NCBI GenBank assembly: GCA_965637545.1
Contig: OZ281497.1
Coordinates: forward strand, 5,394,001 to 5,458,000
Direction of reading: 5' to 3'
Length of the DNA: 64,000 nucleotides
DNA from: Phallusia mammillata
Taxonomy: Eukaryota
Shown one piece after another: positions 60,564 through 64,000 of this stretch (position 1 is the stretch's first letter; every line of letters starts with the position of its first letter). The notes under the pieces were generated by a model. The model was not told where the DNA came from, made no database searches, and saw only the letters and a list, made by a program, of their open reading frames with translations. Made by a program: the position numbers and the translations under genes.

Positions 60564-61630
60564 ATTATTATTTTTATTGATTTAAATGGATTTGTGTAAC
60601 TACACTTTTATTTAACAGGTATCGGATCACGGTTAGTTAGTTTGTCGAGTTTAATCACTGGCAATAAATCAACCGATCATTATCCTCATTGCGATCAATT
60701 CATCTTCTTCTCTCCGAAAACCTCACTTTACAATAGATATAAATTAATAATACTTTACAAATATACACCACAAAAGTCAAAACAGATTGCAAAACAAAAT
60801 AAAATGTGAAGATCAAGTAAATACAACACGACACCGAGTAAAAAGTCTACTTATAAATTTAATCTAATTCAAGGCGCTTTAAGTTATGGGAAAGCAACTA
60901 ATATTTTGCCTTAACACATTAAATATTCGTGCCGTGAGGAAATTTTTCCAAACCACTGCACCGGCTTTAAACGTAGTTTGTTAGCTTCAACTGCTATTTG
61001 GAAATAGTTTGTCACTGGAAAGTTGCTATCATTGTTGCCCCAAAAAACCTAAAAATACAAAGTTTTTAAATTAACTCCAAATGTTAATGTTTTAATGTGT
61101 TTTGGTTCTTACTGGATTTCCGTCGTTGTTAATAGCATTTCCCCATACACTATCCTTGTCCATGTACAAAATCTCGAAGGACGTAACATATTCCAAATGG
61201 TTGTTCCGTCCTTGCGTTATAACACCAGTAATAAGGGTAAGATTGTTCAAAGCCACTTCAATCCATTGGTTTGCATCAGCTACGAAAAGTCATAGTATTC
61301 TATTTACAACACAGAAAAGACTAGTTCCGACAATTGGCATTTAGTACATTGTTGTATGTAGATGCCGGGATTAAAATCAGACTTTGACTTCATGAATGAA
61401 ACTTGAATTTTATACTGACTTTGATTGAACTTTGTTCAAACTGCACGGATTCTTAAAGAATGAAACAGATTGGTGTTTGACTCTATTTTAATGTTTAAAA
61501 GTTTTTCAGCTCTGATTAGATCATTTTTTTCTGGTGGAGTATGAAATCGGGACGCTCCGATGTTCGAATTCCAAAAAAGTTCTGTTAAGTTTTGTGCATG
61601 GATCAACGCGCCCGTTCGGCCAAGTTCCAG

Positions 61631-62678
61631 ATTGCGTGGCAGATTTTGTGTCGTCCTTCAGTCAAAAAATGGCTTCGTGTTTAGAAAATCAGGATACTAG
61701 CAACACGGAGCAGTTGTTGATTGAACTTGACGACATTTCAACGGCGATTGATGGTTTTGTCGTGACATTGCCAGAGAAAAAAGTAGATTTGAAAATATAT
61801 GTCGAAAGTCAAGAATTTGTTCGCCGAGTCGTTGGTGATATAGATCAGTGATCGGCAACCGCCGGTCCGCGGCCCGGTACCGGTCCGCGAGGAGTTCGTT
61901 ACCGGGCCGTACAAATTTTCAGGTTAAATGCTATGAAACATTTTGCCCATATATCCCGGGAATGATAAACTAATTTATGCGTTTTTATTGCTGAATATTT
62001 GTAGTTTTTTGAAGACCGGTCCGCGATAAAATTTTAGGTTCAAAAACGGTCCGCCGTGCAAAAAGGTTGCCGACCCCTGATATAGATGATGGGTTGTTTA
62101 GCAACGAAGGTTTTGAAAAGGGGATAAACAGATGACTGGAACAAATCAAAGGCATAAAGGCTATGATTTTGATTGCTGAACAAATCCCCATCTTTCATGA
62201 AAAGGTCAACGGGGTGATGAAGATTTTTTTCAACATCAGCAATTGGTCGTTTATTATGCCTGCCTACAGCAAGGTTGTCAGAAGAGATTTGAAAATCCTC
62301 ATCGCCGAAGTGAAATCCACACGCGGTGAGCTGCTTTTCCGAAACGGGGATTATGTACTTGCCACGGAGGATTTGTGCACCGCTCATCGGATTAAAACTG
62401 AAAATTCTCGCGAGAAAGCTTGGTTTGAATTGAAACTGGCAGAAAATATGCACAACATCGGTAAAAGCCTTTGCTCATGTGAAAAATTCACTGAACCGCT
62501 AACATGGTTTCGCAAAGAGTTTGACCACAGGCTTAGTAAATTACCAACGAAAACTGGCAAAGAGCATTTGGGCCCAAACTATCACTTTCAAGCGAAATGT
62601 CTTCGTGCCATCGGAACAGATGAAGCTTTGGCGGAAGCTGACATTTACACTGAAAACGAAATGGAGTTGTTGTTGTGA
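61631..62678 (+). pseudogene. Copy C3: 3'-only fragment with the same hAT MITE as C2
   Basis: Nearly identical to C2. The 171-aa TPR-region ORF 62163-62678 is still open. Confidence 0.85.
61846..62079. mobile_element. hAT-type MITE, 234 bp, in C3 (same insertion site as in C2)
   Basis: Same TIRs; TSD atatagat at 61838-61845 and 62080-62087. Confidence 0.93.
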
Positions 62679-63363
62679 GATCATAAAATCATAAACTTAC
62701 CATCGACCTAAAACAATCATTTTGTTAAACCAGTTTTTTACCTTTTGAGTAGTGAGAGAATATAGCACTTGTTTAGCGAAAACATTGTTATTGAAAAACT
62801 CACCTGTTTTCTTGGGTTCAAGGGAACGTTATAAAAGTCCAAATTGGTCCTGGTTGTTAACCAAAGCAGTTACAAAACCACAACCAAGTTAAAAAGTACA
62901 TATTTTATTATGTTTAATTTTTTGTGTGCAAAGTGTGTGCTGTGAACAAATATGTAGTGTTAAAGTGTGTCGCAACTTAAAAATGTTGGGACAACTGTTC
63001 CAATTGCTAAAACGCTTTAATCTATTCATTTCATTTCCCCCTTTCACCTTAGTGTAGTTGTTTCTTTGCTTTCAAAACTCCAACGTTTTTTGCAAAATAT
63101 ACATATTTTGTCGACAGTAGTTTATCTGTAGTTGTGTTCATTCCCAGGGTTGTCGTATTCACGAACTAAAAAAAACAACAATAGACTTTTTAATTACTTT
63201 TCAACGCAAAGCAACTCGTTAAATAAGACGTTTGAATACTTTCACGTATTGAGCTGTGCAAATTCTGCATTATTGTCGACGTGACTGCTGAATAATGTGG
63301 CACACACCTTTACAAGTTCATAAACAAATACGACGTCCATATGGAAATTAGAATAAAAAGTTT

Positions 63364-64000
63364 GCGTCACCTTATCACACGCAATCTGAAGACATTTATG
63401 TTACAGCACGAAAACACCAAACTGGAGACAGGACACTTCGCATAGCACAAGCGTCACGATTTCATCACCGCCAGTCGCTATTCAATGAAGCGCTACGAAG
63501 GCAGAGGGAACCTCAAAACCACAGGTTTCGGTTCTCAAGCAGTCAGGCATGGCGCTGAAGTTGAAAAGGCTTGTTCAGTATAGGTTTCGTTTGCGAAGTT
63601 GGCAGATAAGATATGGTGTAGAAACAAAATATCAAAAGTTGTAGGAAAGACATGACAAGGCAGCTTGCAATGCATTTTAATGGTGCTGCACGTAAATACT
63701 CAATAAACCAACTTGTTTTAGCGGTTTGCTTAACATGAAATTATACATAGACAGGAATAGATTTCGAACCTTAACAACAAACTTCTAAACAACACCTCGG
63801 GTGTATGGAAAATTATCAAGTGTACGTTGAAATACCTGAACGTCTATGAAATTTGTCACACAGATTTGTTAATGTAGTATTATTAGCAATCCGGCCTTTG
63901 AATGAAAAGACACAACTAACACAGAGTAGGGACAGGTGCGTCTTAGTGTCCACTCTTGTCCATGTAAGACTATATTCTAAACCAATTGTTATTGGAATTC
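63364..64000 (+). promoter_or_regulatory. Upstream region of a probable fourth A copy whose ATG should lie ~210 bp past the window end
   Basis: Matches 34291-34927 and 46939-47575, which precede A2 and A3. Confidence 0.8.

Larger units (their letters stand above)
22216..64000. repeat. Tandem segmental array, ~12-12.6 kb unit (A+, B-, C+), three units plus the start of a fourth
   Basis: The anchor gcgtca(c/a) recurs at 22216, 34291, 46939 and 63364. Periods are 12075, 12648 and 16425 bp; the last includes a 4-kb transposon. Intergenic sequence is nearly identical between units. Confidence 0.95.

Noticed and set aside
26243-61344. Recurrent short intergenic ORFs (MLKNSQSVLIC..., MCLNLTMLGK..., MCFGSYWISV..., MVLTGFPSLL...)
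   Set aside because: Their conservation simply reflects recent segmental duplication. There is no motif or codon-level evidence, and several start at non-ATG codons.
22216-64000. Whole array as bacterial contamination or a prophage
   Set aside because: It is contiguous with spliced SNRNP48, contains eukaryotic hAT and EnSpm-like elements and splice-acceptor signals, and shows no operon structure, ribosome-binding sites or phage genes.

Overview
AT-rich, intron-containing eukaryotic (invertebrate animal) DNA. The compact GT-AG introns and DNA-transposon types look tunicate-like, but the species cannot be fixed from the sequence alone. The left third (1-22 kb) is ordinary host genome: a small unknown ORF, two convergent six-exon-type cytochrome b561 paralogs, SNRNP48 (minor spliceosome), hAT MITEs, a PIF/Harbinger element and hammerhead-ribozyme-like remnants. 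From 22.2 kb to the end there is a tandem array of ~12-12.6 kb units. Each unit holds three related loci (A on +, B on -, and a 3' fragment C on +) of a ~926-aa protein family whose coding sequences have no introns. The protein has an N-terminal helical region, a Pol-beta-superfamily nucleotidyltransferase (GS...DxE, DUF294/GlnD-GlnE-like), a helical substrate-binding-like domain, a variable helical region and C-terminal TPR-like repeats. Nine loci are visible, and the promoter of a tenth is at the right edge. Three are full-length (A1, B1, A3). The rest are broken by a nonsense mutation, indels, a hAT MITE or a 4-kb CACTG-ended (EnSpm-like) transposon. The array shows birth-and-death turnover, mosaic (gene-conversion-like) sequence, an invariant catalytic core beside hypervariable patches, a D-to-N change at a candidate catalytic acid in B1, and a minisatellite-encoded variable C-terminal tail. 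It is the best candidate for an undescribed system: a possibly bacteria-derived, diversifying NTase-TPR sensor/effector family. Its function is inferred, not shown.
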